Origin: Escherichia coli
GTDB lineage: Bacteria; Pseudomonadota; Gammaproteobacteria; Enterobacterales; Enterobacteriaceae
Length of the DNA: 64,000 bases
Strand: one strand, 5' to 3'
NCBI RefSeq assembly: GCF_050320075.1
Contig: NZ_CP190018.1
The position numbers and the translations under genes were made by a program. Below are positions 60,209 to 64,000 of the stretch, one piece after another; position 1 is the stretch's first letter; each line of letters begins with the position of its first letter. The notes beneath the pieces are model-generated. The model saw only the letters and a list, made by a program, of their open reading frames with translations, made no database searches and was not told where the DNA came from.

Positions 60209-60214
60209 TGTTGA

Positions 60215-61369
<1,155 letters not shown>

Positions 61370-61379
61370 GTTTCAGCCT

Positions 61380-63154
<1,775 letters not shown>

Positions 63155-64000
63155 ATGTTCAAGCGTCGTTATGTAACATTGCTTCCCCTTTTTGTGTTGC
63201 TTGCCGCCTGTAGCAGCAAGCCAAAACCTACTGAGACTGAAACGACCACCGGAACGCCGTCTGGCGGCTTCCTGCTTGAGCCGCAGCACAATGTGATGCA
63301 GATGGGCGGCGATTTCGCTAATAACCCGAATGCCCAGCAGTTCATCGACAAAATGGTGAACAAACACGGTTTCGATCGTCAGCAGTTGCAGGAAATTCTC
63401 TCCCAGGCGAAACGTCTGGATTCGGTACTGCGGCTGATGGATAACCAGGCACCAACCACATCGGTGAAACCGCCATCAGGTCCGAACGGCGCATGGCTGC
63501 GTTATCGCAAAAAATTTATTACGCCGGACAACGTGCAGAACGGTGTGGTTTTCTGGAATCAGTATGAAGATGCGCTGAATCGCGCGTGGCAGGTGTATGG
63601 CGTACCGCCGGAAATTATCGTCGGGATTATCGGCGTTGAAACGCGCTGGGGGCGCGTGATGGGGAAAACTCGCATCCTCGATGCGCTGGCAACGCTGTCA
63701 TTTAACTACCCACGCCGCGCGGAGTATTTCTCTGGCGAGCTGGAAACTTTCCTGCTGATGGCGCGCGACGAGCAGGACGATCCGCTCAATCTGAAAGGTT
63801 CCTTTGCCGGGGCGATGGGCTACGGACAGTTTATGCCGTCGTCTTACAAACAATACGCGGTAGATTTCAGCGGCGACGGGCATATCAACCTGTGGGATCC
63901 GGTTGATGCCATTGGTAGTGTGGCGAACTATTTCAAAGCGCACGGCTGGGTGAAAGGTGATCAGGTTGCGGTGATGGCAAACGGTCAGGCTCCAGGCTTG
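63155..64000 (+). CDS. mltB: Membrane-bound lytic murein transglycosylase B (partial, 3' end outside window)
   Basis: MFKRRYVTLLPLFVLLAACSS lipoprotein signal, in frame to the window end (282 codons); not in ORF track because no stop is reached. Confidence 0.93.
   Translation, partial: MFKRRYVTLLPLFVLLAACSSKPKPTETETTTGTPSGGFLLEPQHNVMQMGGDFANNPNAQQFIDKMVNKHGFDRQQLQEILSQAKRLDSVLRLMDNQAPTTSVKPPSGPNGAWLRYRKKFITPDNVQNGVVFWNQYEDALNRAWQVYGVPPEIIVGIIGVETRWGRVMGKTRILDALATLSFNYPRRAEYFSGELETFLLMARDEQDDPLNLKGSFAGAMGYGQFMPSSYKQYAVDFSGDGHINLWDPVDAIGSVANYFKAHGWVKGDQVAVMANGQAPGL

Overview
This window reads as an Escherichia coli chromosomal segment, syntenic with the K-12 mltB–cas3 region but in reverse orientation; I found no clearly undescribed system, only known systems plus three small accessory islets. 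All assignments are from reading the six-frame translations and the DNA by eye; no database search or computation was run. From start to end: a complete type I-E CRISPR-Cas locus (cas3 3' end, cse1-cse2-cas7-cas5-cas6e-cas1-cas2, leader, 10-spacer array), iap, cysDNC, ygbE, ftsB, ispDF, truD, surE, pcm, nlpD, rpoS, the ygbN–ygbI cluster, pphB, mutS, ygbA, fhlA, hypEDCBA, hycABCDEFGHI, ascBFG, hydN, hypF, norWV-norR, gutQ-srlR-gutM-srlDBEA and the 5' part of mltB. The three islets, all absent from K-12 as far as I recall, are: a SlyA/MarR regulator plus UbiX/UbiD-type decarboxylase genes next to rpoS, a tandem Mop/TOBE-domain gene between fhlA and ygbA, and a HigB/HigA-like toxin-antitoxin pair between hycI and ascB. 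The Cascade genes look strongly divergent from the K-12 proteins while Cas1/Cas2 look K-12-like. No IS element, integrase, tRNA or rRNA gene was seen.
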